Positions 1 to 9,031 of a stretch of DNA of 30,952 nucleotides are shown in pieces. Numbering within the stretch: the stretch's first letter is position 1; the number at the start of each line of letters is the position of its first letter. The DNA lies in the IMG/VR virus record IMGVR_UViG_3300007513_000131, positions 1-30,952 of that record. One strand, 5' to 3'. The stretch is from a virus. Taxonomy: Duplodnaviria > Caudoviricetes. A model generated the notes under the pieces. It was not told the DNA's origin. It saw only the letters and a list, made by a program, of their open reading frames with translations, and searched no databases. Position numbers and translations under genes: made by a program.

Positions 1-2
1 GT

Positions 3-1094
3 GACTACCAAGTAGAAACAATTAATAAATTTTTAGAAGCACCACAAAGCCTACAAGAAATTGCCACTGGTGCAGGTAAAACAATTATTACTGCCGCACT
101 TTGTAAGTTAGTTGAACCTCATGGACGTACACTAACAATCGTTCCTAATAAAAGTTTAGTAACACAAACAGAAGAAGACTTCCTTGCTTGTAACTTAGAC
201 ACAGGGGTTTATTTTGGCGATAGAAAAGAAGTAGGCAGATATAATACAATCGCAACTTGGCAATCAATTAATGTTCTTGAGAAAAAAGATAAAGTAGAAT
301 TTAAAGAAGTAATGCAAGGAATACAAACAGTAATTGTTGATGAGGTGCATATGGCAAAAGCAGACGTACTAAAAAGATTATTAACAGGAGCATTTGCAAA
401 CGCAGGTATACGTTGGGGACTAACAGGAACCATACCTAAAGAAGAATATGAATTTGTGGGAATAAAATGTTCGTTGGGTGATGTCACGCACAGAATCCCT
501 GCAAAGGAATTACAAGACAAGGGTGTGTTAGCAAAATGTCATGTTAATGTTTTACAAACACAAGACCACCCAATATTTAAAAGCTATCCGGAAGAACTAA
601 AGTGGCTTACAACCGACGACACTAGGACAACATGGATTGCAAATACAATTAGTGATATTGCAACATCGGGCAATACACTTATACTTGTTGATAGAATTTC
701 AGCTGGTGAGACGCTTAATAAAAAAATAAAAAATTCAGTGTTTATATCCGGAGCAACCAAAAACATAGAAAGAAAAGAACACTACGACGAAGTGTCTACA
801 GCAGAAAGCAAAATTATTATTGCCACATATGGAGTGGCTAGTATTGGAATCAATATTCCTAGAATATTTAATCTTGTTCTTATTGAATCTGGTAAATCCT
901 TTGTTCGGGTAATACAAAGCATAGGAAGAGGAATAAGAAAAGCAGAGGACAAAGATTATGTACAAATTTGGGATATAACTAGTAGTTGTAAGTTTGCAAA
1001 AAGACATTTAACACAAAGAAAAAAATTTTACAGAGAAGCCAATTATCCATTTAAAATTGAAAAAATAGATTATGAAAATCCTTACATTAGATAA
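3..1094 (+). CDS. uvsW: SF2 DNA helicase, UvsW-like (5' end lies outside the window)
   Basis: The frame is open from base 3: DYQ Q-motif, Walker A ATGAGKT, DEVH, GLTGT, GINIP, QSIGRGIR. The track's start at 312 is internal. Confidence 0.9.
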   Translation, partial: DYQVETINKFLEAPQSLQEIATGAGKTIITAALCKLVEPHGRTLTIVPNKSLVTQTEEDFLACNLDTGVYFGDRKEVGRYNTIATWQSINVLEKKDKVEFKEVMQGIQTVIVDEVHMAKADVLKRLLTGAFANAGIRWGLTGTIPKEEYEFVGIKCSLGDVTHRIPAKELQDKGVLAKCHVNVLQTQDHPIFKSYPEELKWLTTDDTRTTWIANTISDIATSGNTLILVDRISAGETLNKKIKNSVFISGATKNIERKEHYDEVSTAESKIIIATYGVASIGINIPRIFNLVLIESGKSFVRVIQSIGRGIRKAEDKDYVQIWDITSSCKFAKRHLTQRKKFYREANYPFKIEKIDYENPYIR

Positions 1095-1575
1095 TAAAAC
1101 ATATACTTTAGAAAAAATACCCGAATGGGTTGATGAAAAATTAAGATTTGCTGTATTAGATAATGCAAACCCAGAAGAACCGGATTTCTTTTATATTCCA
1201 TTAATATTTCTTGAGAGTTTTAGTGCACCGGCGGCAGTCCTAGAAATTGGTCCTTATAAAATAAAAATGCCATTAGATTGGAAAATGCTAATCGGAGAAC
1301 AAGGACAACCTGAGATGCACGTGTTGCCAATCACTAGTTTGAATGACAGAGGCTTTGACGCTTTTACATTCAATCCGTTATCGAGTGCAAAACCAGATTT
1401 TTATCCAATTGACATTGTAGACATTTATACAGAAGTAAAATGGTATTTTCCTAAAATTAAATCAGGACAATTATTAGCAGTTCCTTTACAGGATGGTCCA
1501 AAACCAATATGTGCTTATTTTGTAAAAGATATTTCGAGACAATGTGAACAAATCGATTATGGCAACGTCTGGTAG
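1072..1575 (+). CDS. Hypothetical protein, possibly an inactive Hint-like beta fold
   Basis: 167-aa ORF overlapping the helicase stop; strand pattern resembles Hint blocks but the catalytic residues are absent. Confidence 0.7.
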   Translation: MKILTLDNKTYTLEKIPEWVDEKLRFAVLDNANPEEPDFFYIPLIFLESFSAPAAVLEIGPYKIKMPLDWKMLIGEQGQPEMHVLPITSLNDRGFDAFTFNPLSSAKPDFYPIDIVDIYTEVKWYFPKIKSGQLLAVPLQDGPKPICAYFVKDISRQCEQIDYGNVW

Positions 1576-1798
1576 AAAAACAATTAAAATTGATGCACCT
1601 ATAATGAAAATACAAGGTGCTTATGTTTGGATGGACAAAAATTGGCCAATGAAGTTTTTTGATTGGATGATAGATGAAAAATTAAATACCAAACTTTCTG
1701 GTATGAAACAGATGAATAATAAGTTAAAATTAGAATTTATAGATGGCAAAAGTGCTACATTATTTGTATTAAAATATGACAAACAGAAAATTTTTTGA
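1559..1798 (+). CDS. Hypothetical protein
   Basis: ORF overlapping both neighbours; ATG at 1559 (MATSGRK) preferred as start. Confidence 0.6.
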   Translation: MATSGRKTIKIDAPIMKIQGAYVWMDKNWPMKFFDWMIDEKLNTKLSGMKQMNNKLKLEFIDGKSATLFVLKYDKQKIF

Positions 1799-2222
1799 AT
1801 TAAGAAACGGATTAAAGGCCGTGGATTTTCGTAATAAGGACTATTATGATAGAATAGATGACCACGAACGATCATTATATTCACCTTATATGTTAATGAG
1901 ATATGCTTCAAGTGTCTCATCTAAAGATCCTTTTTATGTTGAGCACTACGTAGAAATGATTAATGAATGCGTTAACAAACATTGTTTCAGTCTTGGCAAA
2001 CATAAAAAATTATTATGGATATTAACTGCTATGTGTGGTGCGTTAAAACAACAATTCCATCCATGGATTAAACCAATGAAACGTGTTCCAAATAAAAGTT
2101 TAAAACAATTACAACAATTATATCCTAATATGAAGGAATCAGATCTTGAAACACTTGATACTATTATAACAGATCGTGAGCTTGAAGAATTATTAGAATC
2201 ACATGGAATCAAATCTAAATAA
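1776..2222 (+). CDS. Putative clamp-loader small subunit (T4 gp62-like)
   Basis: YSPYMLMRYASS...EMIN...PWIK pattern, size and replication context resemble the gp62 family. Confidence 0.5.
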   Translation: MTNRKFFELRNGLKAVDFRNKDYYDRIDDHERSLYSPYMLMRYASSVSSKDPFYVEHYVEMINECVNKHCFSLGKHKKLLWILTAMCGALKQQFHPWIKPMKRVPNKSLKQLQQLYPNMKESDLETLDTIITDRELEELLESHGIKSK

Positions 2223-2889
2223 ATGTACCTATTGCGATAAAGAATTCGCTAGAGAAAGAACACTACAAGTTCATTTATGTGAACCCAAAAGAAGACATTT
2301 ACAAAAAAATGAAAAATGGGTGCAAAATGCTTTCATGGTATTTCAAAGATTTTATGAGATACACCAAAACAATAGTAAATCAAAAACATATAAAGATTTT
2401 TGTAGTTCAGCATATTATAATGCATTTGTAAAGTTTGGTAGATATATTATGCATATCAATCCATTATATCCAGAAAAATATATTGACTATATTATACTAT
2501 CAAAAATTAAATTAGACCATTGGGCTAGAGATGATTTATACGAAACATATCTTATAGATACATTAAAAGCAGAACCAGTTGAAGAGGCTATGAGGAGAAG
2601 TATAGCAACTATGATGGATTGGGCTGATGAACAAAATGCACAATGGTCTGATTATTTTAGATTAGTAAACACAAACAGAGCAGTACAGCATATCCAACAA
2701 GGAAAAATTTCTCCATGGTTATTACTTGGTTGCTCGGCAGGTAAAAAAATGTTAAACTTATTTACAGATGAACAATTACAAATAACACAAAGATTTATTA
2801 ATCCAGCATACTGGGCAAATAAATTTAAAAGTTATCCAGCAGATCATTTGTTTGTACAAGAAACAGCTAAGGAGGCTAAAATTGAGTAA
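2203..2889 (+). CDS. Protein with N-terminal C2H2/C2HC-type zinc finger
   Basis: CTYCDKEFARERTLQVHLC at the N-terminus, followed by a helical domain. Confidence 0.75.
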   Translation: MESNLNKCTYCDKEFARERTLQVHLCEPKRRHLQKNEKWVQNAFMVFQRFYEIHQNNSKSKTYKDFCSSAYYNAFVKFGRYIMHINPLYPEKYIDYIILSKIKLDHWARDDLYETYLIDTLKAEPVEEAMRRSIATMMDWADEQNAQWSDYFRLVNTNRAVQHIQQGKISPWLLLGCSAGKKMLNLFTDEQLQITQRFINPAYWANKFKSYPADHLFVQETAKEAKIE

Positions 2890-3118
2890 AATAGATTTTG
2901 AAGTTGCTGACGAATTAGAATTTGAAGATGGTGACTGTTGTGTTATAATAAAAAGAAATGGAACAATAGGTAGAGTAGTGATGCCAGATATAAATCAAGA
3001 TATTATAAAAACTAAAGGATATAAAAAATTACTAGACGTGTTAGAAATATTAAAACCGGGTTCAAGAAACGAATTTATAAAACATAATCAGATGAAAGGG
3101 AGTAAACTTTTACACTAA
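2882..3118 (+). CDS. Hypothetical protein
   Basis: TTG start at 2882 preceded by AAGGAGG; its stop overlaps the next ATG (TAATG). Confidence 0.65.
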   Translation: MSKIDFEVADELEFEDGDCCVIIKRNGTIGRVVMPDINQDIIKTKGYKKLLDVLEILKPGSRNEFIKHNQMKGSKLLH

Positions 3119-3708
3119 TGCCTGATGTGGATATAGATTTTTTTGATAGAGACGGAACATTAAGATTGTTCAAACACGCACCAGCATCTATAATTAAAGA
3201 TGGCAAAATAGAAAAGCACAAAACTGGAGTTTACTTTCATGCTGTGCCTACACACCCAATTACAGGACATTCAACTTTAGATTATAAAAAAGCAGAAGAA
3301 AGAGGCTACTTTAAAATAGATTGTCTTAATGTAAGCATCTATAAAAATATTAAATCTGAACAAGAACTTGTTGAATTAATGATTGAAGAACCGGATTGGG
3401 ATATGTTAAAAGACCCAAAAGTTGTTGAAAACCTTTTTCACCTAAATAACCATTTTAACATTGTATCCAAATTAGAACCTAAAAACATTGAACAACTTGC
3501 GGCTGTATTAGCAATTATACGCCCAGCTAAAAGAGGATTAATGTATAAGAACTGGGTAGATATTCTTAAAGAGGTTTGGCTTAAACCAACTGATGGTTCA
3601 TACTTTTTCAAAAAGTCACACGCAATTGCTTATGCTCATGCAATCGTTGTACAAATGAATTTATTAAAGCGTAATAAATATAACTTTAGTGCAACGCAGG
3701 AAACGTAA
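3118..3708 (+). CDS. Miniature family-C DNA polymerase (DnaE / Pol III alpha catalytic core), 196 aa
   Basis: PDVDIDF, HKTGVY, GYFKIDCL, LAIIRP and FKKSHAIAYA motifs occur in DnaE order. Confidence 0.85.
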   Translation: MPDVDIDFFDRDGTLRLFKHAPASIIKDGKIEKHKTGVYFHAVPTHPITGHSTLDYKKAEERGYFKIDCLNVSIYKNIKSEQELVELMIEEPDWDMLKDPKVVENLFHLNNHFNIVSKLEPKNIEQLAAVLAIIRPAKRGLMYKNWVDILKEVWLKPTDGSYFFKKSHAIAYAHAIVVQMNLLKRNKYNFSATQET

Positions 3709-3832
3709 ACCCACTAAAAAACGTAAGAAACAAATCTCCACCCATCGTTCAGAACCTTTTGGTTATCAACCAGACAATCCGTTGACGATATATTACGCAA
3801 AGTATATTGAAGGGGAAAAAGAAGTTAGGTAG
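3689..3832 (+). CDS. Small, highly basic protein (47 aa)
   Basis: GTG start 8 nt after TAAATA (3675-3680); MQRRKRKPTKKRKKQ...EKEVR. Below the ORF-track cutoff. Confidence 0.55.
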   Translation: MQRRKRKPTKKRKKQISTHRSEPFGYQPDNPLTIYYAKYIEGEKEVR

Positions 3833-4199
3833 GTTTTCGAACAAGTTGTATTGTTCTACGTTTCACTCTCTTCTTTGATATATTAGATAATCTTACAGTT
3901 GGTCCTTCAACTATTTCAACATCTTTTGAATTTAAAGTTATTAAAGTAGATCTAAAATATTTAAAATCACCTTTTAGAAATATGTTAATTGGTAATTTAC
4001 GATTTGATTCATGCCACCAAATTTCACCACATTTCAAATATTTCATCTTATCTTGTGGTTGCATTAATCTACCATAATCATAAAAACTAATAACATTATT
4101 ATCTTGGTTCTGAACTATACCAACAAATTCCATATCTCCCTTCCTTATAAGGCTTAAAAATGGAAATTTATCTCTTAATGTTTTAAAAATTTCATTCAT
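3825..4199 (-). CDS. Hypothetical phage protein
   Basis: 124-aa ORF filling the gap, with normal protein composition. Confidence 0.75.
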   Translation of the reverse strand: MNEIFKTLRDKFPFLSLIRKGDMEFVGIVQNQDNNVISFYDYGRLMQPQDKMKYLKCGEIWWHESNRKLPINIFLKGDFKYFRSTLITLNSKDVEIVEGPTVRLSNISKKRVKRRTIQLVRKPT

Positions 4200-4207
4200 A
4201 CTCTATC

Positions 4208-4225
4208 TATAAATACTGTTAAATA
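4208..4225 (+). promoter_or_regulatory. T4-late-type promoter motif(s) TATAAATA / TAAATA
   Basis: TATAAATA at 4208-4215 and TAAATA at 4220-4225, 6 nt before ATG 4232. Confidence 0.6.
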
Positions 4226-4231
4226 TGTACT

Positions 4232-5032
4232 ATGCAAACAGTCTCAAGGTATTTACTAACAAACTCGGTAATTGTTTACCAAAGCGGTTATCATGGAAGG
4301 AATTCAAAAGTGTACGATAGACGTCTACAAGTGTATAGAGGTGTATGGAACCCGCTTACTTTTACCTTCAAAAACGAAGATCAAAAGGCTCAAAATGTGG
4401 TTGGAAAGACTTATACCTTTAATATTGTTGATACTGAAAGCAAAAAAGCAGTAGTTACACGAAACCTTAAAATACTTGACGATGGGTCAACTCAAGCGTC
4501 AAAAGGTACTGCTTCAGTAGATATTACAGAGGGCGATCTTTTACCTTTAGATGCAAAATTTTATGAGTATTCTATACAAGAAGTACTAACAGATGGTAGT
4601 ACTTTAGTAACTTACGCAGATACAAACTATGTAAGTAGTGGTACTATTGAGGTGCTTGATGGTGCTTATCCACAATTTTCAGCAAGTATATCAGTATCAG
4701 ATTTTACTGGTTCTGGAGGACCATTGCAAAAAACATCAGGATCTATTAGTGCTAATCCTGGTAGTAATAATAATAAAGCACTACACACAATTGCTGTGTA
4801 TACCAAAAACTTTTCGGGTGCTTTAAGAGTACAAGGTACTATGTCTTCTTCTCCTGCAGATGCAGACTATTTTAACATTACTTTAGATGGAGAATCATCT
4901 CCTGTAACTTTTTCCAGTTCTACTACTGTTGCCAACTATAACTTTTATGGTGTTTTCCATTATGTAAGATTTAGTTGGGATAACGACACTGGTAATACTG
5001 GAGTCATTGACAAAATCCTTTATAGACGTTAA
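4232..5032 (+). CDS. Probable virion structural protein (beta-rich)
   Basis: Ser/Thr/Gly-rich, beta-type composition; preceded by a late promoter motif. Confidence 0.6.
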   Translation: MQTVSRYLLTNSVIVYQSGYHGRNSKVYDRRLQVYRGVWNPLTFTFKNEDQKAQNVVGKTYTFNIVDTESKKAVVTRNLKILDDGSTQASKGTASVDITEGDLLPLDAKFYEYSIQEVLTDGSTLVTYADTNYVSSGTIEVLDGAYPQFSASISVSDFTGSGGPLQKTSGSISANPGSNNNKALHTIAVYTKNFSGALRVQGTMSSSPADADYFNITLDGESSPVTFSSSTTVANYNFYGVFHYVRFSWDNDTGNTGVIDKILYRR

Positions 5033-5035
5033 AAT
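5007..5035 (+). promoter_or_regulatory. Sigma70-type promoter for primase (leaderless)
   Basis: TTGACA-N17-TAAAAT, then 7 nt to ATG 5043. Confidence 0.75.
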
Positions 5036-5042
5036 ATAAGGT

Positions 5043-6056
5043 ATGAACCTGATCCAGAATACAATTCTGAATTCATTACCTGCGAACAAAAAGAAAACAC
5101 CTTCCGGATGGATTTCTTTTAATGCTCCTTGTTGCATTTATAATGGGGAAACTCAAGACAAGAAAAAACGTGGTGGTATAATGGCTGGAGCTGATGGCAC
5201 AATATCATATCATTGTTTTAATTGTGGCTACAAAGCCAGTTATGTTATAGGAAGAAAATTAACTCAAAAAATGAGAACATTTATGGGTTATATTGGTATA
5301 GCAGATGATACAATCAAAAAACTTGCTATTGAGGCTATGCGTCATGAAGAGGGTGACACAAAATATGAAAAGAAAAAGTTTGTAAGTTTTCATAAAAAAC
5401 AAATGCCTAAAAATACACACAGCCTTGACGTGTGGTTAGAAAAATATGTTGCAAAAGATTTAACTGCACCCCAATATAATAAAATTGACGGCTTGTTAAA
5501 TTATCTTAAAGTAAGAGGCATAGATCCTACATGGTATGATTTTATGTACTCACCTGATATGTATTTTAATTTTAATCAACGTTTAATTATTCCGTTCTAT
5601 TGGAGGGGTGACGTTGTAGGTTACACTGGTAGACTATTTGAAGATATTGAAAAAGTAAAATATGTTACAGATGTGCAACCGGGTTATGTGTTTAATATGG
5701 ACACGCAAGATTGGACAAGAAAATTTGTTATTGTAACAGAAGGACCGTTTGATGCTATTACCGTTTCTGGAGTAAGCATACTAGGATCAGAGATAAATGA
5801 CGTACAGCGAGAGCTGATAAACAATTTAAATAGACAGGTAATTGTAGTACCTGATAGAGATGCACCGGGAGAAAAATTGATTAATCAAGCAATAGAATTT
5901 GGATGGAGTGTTGCGTTTCCAGAATGGGATAAAACGGTTGATGATGTAGCTGATGCTGTGTTAAAATATGGAAGACTGTTTACTATACAATCGATATTAA
6001 AATCAACAGAGTCTAGTAAACTTAAAATAGATTTAAAGAGAAAGATGTATGGCTGA
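5043..6056 (+). CDS. DNA primase (Zn-binding + TOPRIM)
   Basis: NAPCC...YHCFNC zinc domain; EGPFDA, PDRDAPG and DVAD TOPRIM motifs. Confidence 0.9.
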   Translation: MNLIQNTILNSLPANKKKTPSGWISFNAPCCIYNGETQDKKKRGGIMAGADGTISYHCFNCGYKASYVIGRKLTQKMRTFMGYIGIADDTIKKLAIEAMRHEEGDTKYEKKKFVSFHKKQMPKNTHSLDVWLEKYVAKDLTAPQYNKIDGLLNYLKVRGIDPTWYDFMYSPDMYFNFNQRLIIPFYWRGDVVGYTGRLFEDIEKVKYVTDVQPGYVFNMDTQDWTRKFVIVTEGPFDAITVSGVSILGSEINDVQRELINNLNRQVIVVPDRDAPGEKLINQAIEFGWSVAFPEWDKTVDDVADAVLKYGRLFTIQSILKSTESSKLKIDLKRKMYG

Positions 6057-7476
6057 TTATAGTTTTGATATACAAAAACTTTATTTAGAAATGTTCTTAG
6101 CAGATGCTGAATCGTTTGCAAGAGCAAGTAATATCTTTACACCAAAAAGTTTTGATAGAAAATTACAACCTATTGCAAAATTTATTAAAAATTACGTAGA
6201 AGAATACAAAGTTATGCCTGAAGTTGATCAGGTTAATGCTAAACACGATATCAAATTAAAAGGTGCAAAAGATTTAGATCCATCTCACTTCTCATGGTTG
6301 TTAGATGAATTTGAAACATTTTCTAGACATAAGGCACTTGAAGGTGCAATACTCCAATCAGCTGACTTACTTGAAAAGGGCGACTATGCTCCAGTAGAGG
6401 ATATGATTAAAGATGCAGTTGCAGTTGGATTAACTCGTGATCTAGGTACAGACTACTTTGAAGATCCAAAAAGTAGACTTGAGTTCTTAAAGAGCTCAAA
6501 CGGACAAGTCAGCACAGGTTGGCCAGCAATTGACAAGAAACTCTTTGGTGGATTTAATAAAGGTGAACTAAACATTTTCGCAGGCGGATCAGGCGCAGGA
6601 AAAAGTTTGTTCTTACAAAATCTTGCAGTTAACTGGGCAATGGCTGGCTTGAACGTAGTATACATATCTTTTGAATTATCTGAATCGTTGGCGGCTATGA
6701 GGATAGATGCAATGACAACTAACATACCAACAAGGCAAGTTATGAAACAAATGTCTGATGTTGAGATGAAAGTTAAAATGCTAAAGAAAAAAGCAGGTAA
6801 CTTACAATTAAAATATATGCCAAGTGGTTATACAATAATGGATATTAAAACTTATATAAAAGAATTAGAACTTAAAAACAAAAAGAAAATAGATTGTATA
6901 CTAATTGATTACTTAGACTTAATGATGCCAAAAAGTAAAAAGGTATCTCCAAGTGATTTGTTTGTAAAGGACAAATACGTATCAGAAGAATTAAGAAATT
7001 TTGCAGTAGAGAAACAATGTTTATTAGCAACAGCATCACAATTAAACAGAGCAAGTGTTGAAGAAATAGAATTTGATCATTCTCATATAGCAGGTGGACT
7101 ATCTAAAGTACAAACAGCAGATAATGTGATAGGTATCTTTACAAGTAGAGCTATGAGAGAGCGTGGAAGATATCAAATACAATTCATGAAAACCAGATCA
7201 AGTTCGGGTGTTGGACATAAAGTTGATTTAGAGTTTGACATTGAAACATTAAGAATACGAAATCTTGAAGAGGAGGAACAAAAATCTTCATTTGCATATA
7301 AAACATCAACAGTGTATGACACACTTAAACAGAAGTCAAAAATAACTCCTTCCGATGCAACTCCTAACTTAGACCCTACCAAAGGTGAAGCTATGGGTGT
7401 TAAACAAAAAGCAGAAGTTGAAGGTACTAAATTAAGAAAACTACTAAACGAACTACACTCAGACGAAGAGCAGTAA
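6049..7476 (+). CDS. Replicative DNA helicase (DnaB / T4 gp41-like)
   Basis: GGSGAGKS, ISFEL, LIDYLDL, ASQLNR and KTR motifs. Confidence 0.93.
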   Translation: MADYSFDIQKLYLEMFLADAESFARASNIFTPKSFDRKLQPIAKFIKNYVEEYKVMPEVDQVNAKHDIKLKGAKDLDPSHFSWLLDEFETFSRHKALEGAILQSADLLEKGDYAPVEDMIKDAVAVGLTRDLGTDYFEDPKSRLEFLKSSNGQVSTGWPAIDKKLFGGFNKGELNIFAGGSGAGKSLFLQNLAVNWAMAGLNVVYISFELSESLAAMRIDAMTTNIPTRQVMKQMSDVEMKVKMLKKKAGNLQLKYMPSGYTIMDIKTYIKELELKNKKKIDCILIDYLDLMMPKSKKVSPSDLFVKDKYVSEELRNFAVEKQCLLATASQLNRASVEEIEFDHSHIAGGLSKVQTADNVIGIFTSRAMRERGRYQIQFMKTRSSSGVGHKVDLEFDIETLRIRNLEEEEQKSSFAYKTSTVYDTLKQKSKITPSDATPNLDPTKGEAMGVKQKAEVEGTKLRKLLNELHSDEEQ

Positions 7477-7622
7477 GCGTAAATTTTTTAAATTGTGTTT
7501 TTTAAAAATACGCGAATGCGTAAAAATGCGTAAAGACAACCTGTCCTTTTTGAACTAACCACCTTTAATTGTATGTTCTGTAAAATTGTAGCACCTTATA
7601 CTAACACTTTAAATAGTACATT

Positions 7623-7802
7623 ATGGGAATACACTACGACTATAAAAGCACTAGGGCTGAGAAGCATTTACGTAAGAAGCAGAAAAAAGACGAAAGACGT
7701 AATCGTAAAAAACGTACGACTAAATCTTCTGAAAATGTTATTCCGTTAGATAAACTAATAACACTTGATATGTTAACAGACCCTAAAAGAAATGACATTT
7801 AA
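7623..7802 (+). CDS. Small basic protein (59 aa)
   Basis: ATG 7 nt after TAAATA (7610-7615); MGIHYDYKSTRAEKHLRKKQKKDERRNRKKR... Confidence 0.7.
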   Translation: MGIHYDYKSTRAEKHLRKKQKKDERRNRKKRTTKSSENVIPLDKLITLDMLTDPKRNDI

Positions 7803-7977
7803 TATTAGTAGTCACCAAATATATCGCTTTCCGTGTATTGGTGTATGCAGTATAGATGCGGAAAGCGGATACTGTTTAGGATGTAGTCGCACTGAAGAAG
7901 AAGTATATAAGTGGGAAGATCCAAATACTACTGACGAATGGAAGAAGAAGAACGAAGAAGAATTAAAAAATAGATGA
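7792..7977 (+). CDS. DUF1289-family small Cys-rich protein
   Basis: PCIGVC...YCLGCSRTEEEV..W signature. Confidence 0.85.
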   Translation: MTFNISSHQIYRFPCIGVCSIDAESGYCLGCSRTEEEVYKWEDPNTTDEWKKKNEEELKNR

Positions 7978-9029
7978 TAAATCAGAGACTATTTGATCAT
8001 TACAAAATAGACACAAAGAAAAATTTACAAATTAAAAATATATGTCCAAGGCCATATGATACTATCTTAATAGATAAAAATGGATCTTGTTATGCTTGTG
8101 AATGCACATCGTGGTTACCACAAAGCATAGGAAACTTACAATTACAAAACTTATCTGAAATTACTGGGTCAGAAATACACAACCTTTTGCGAGAATCTGT
8201 AAGTGATGAAACATATCGTTACTGCAATGAGCACCAATGTTCTTATATAAAATCTGGAGCAGTATTAAATGATAATACAAATAAACTTAGACATCTACGT
8301 TTAGCTATTGACGATTCTTGTAATTTAAGATGTCCTAGTTGCAGAAAAGGATTAATATTTCATAAAAACGGATCAGCATTTAGATTAGGCATTAAACTTG
8401 CTAATAAAATTAATAATTTTTTACAACAAGGAATAAATTATGATTTATTCCCCACACCCATTACAGTACATATAGGTTCGGATGGCGATCCTTTTGCTTC
8501 ACACGTGTACAGACATTTCATGGAACAAACACCAAAAAGCAAAATGATTCGTTATTCTATTTTGACAAACGCACTTATGTTTGAGGACTTTCATACAAAA
8601 GTACCACACATTATAAACAGTTTAGACGAATTAGGAGTTAGTATTGATGGTGCTAGTAAAGAAACGTATGAGAAACTAAGACTAGGTGGCAAGTGGGACA
8701 ACATTCATCGCAATTTAAAATGTATAGCTAACTTAAAACAAAAACATAATTTTAGATTTATATTACACTTTGTTGTACAAAAAGACAACTATCACGAAAT
8801 GGAAAAAATTATTGACCTAGGCGAACAATACGGTGCTGACAGAGTTTGGCTTAACAAGATTGAAGACTGGGGTACCATAGACGATTTTAAAACACAAAAC
8901 ATATTTGAAACAACAGATTACAAACGTCAACTAGACAATGTTGTGCAACGTATACAAAAACGCAATGATAGATTTATTGAGTGTCCTACATTAATAAGTG
9001 AAGCAGTTCGTTATAGAACCAAAAAATAA
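7974..9029 (+). CDS. Radical SAM protein with N-terminal SPASM/twitch-like Cys cluster
   Basis: CNLRCPSC, GDPF, LTNA, VSIDG motifs. Confidence 0.88.
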   Translation: MINQRLFDHYKIDTKKNLQIKNICPRPYDTILIDKNGSCYACECTSWLPQSIGNLQLQNLSEITGSEIHNLLRESVSDETYRYCNEHQCSYIKSGAVLNDNTNKLRHLRLAIDDSCNLRCPSCRKGLIFHKNGSAFRLGIKLANKINNFLQQGINYDLFPTPITVHIGSDGDPFASHVYRHFMEQTPKSKMIRYSILTNALMFEDFHTKVPHIINSLDELGVSIDGASKETYEKLRLGGKWDNIHRNLKCIANLKQKHNFRFILHFVVQKDNYHEMEKIIDLGEQYGADRVWLNKIEDWGTIDDFKTQNIFETTDYKRQLDNVVQRIQKRNDRFIECPTLISEAVRYRTKK

Positions 9030-9031
9030 TT

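Noticed and set aside
3118-3832. Split-intein or intron-interrupted dnaE
   Set aside because: There are no intein terminal motifs on the ORF and no adjacent DnaE exons; the missing parts include internal segments between retained motifs.
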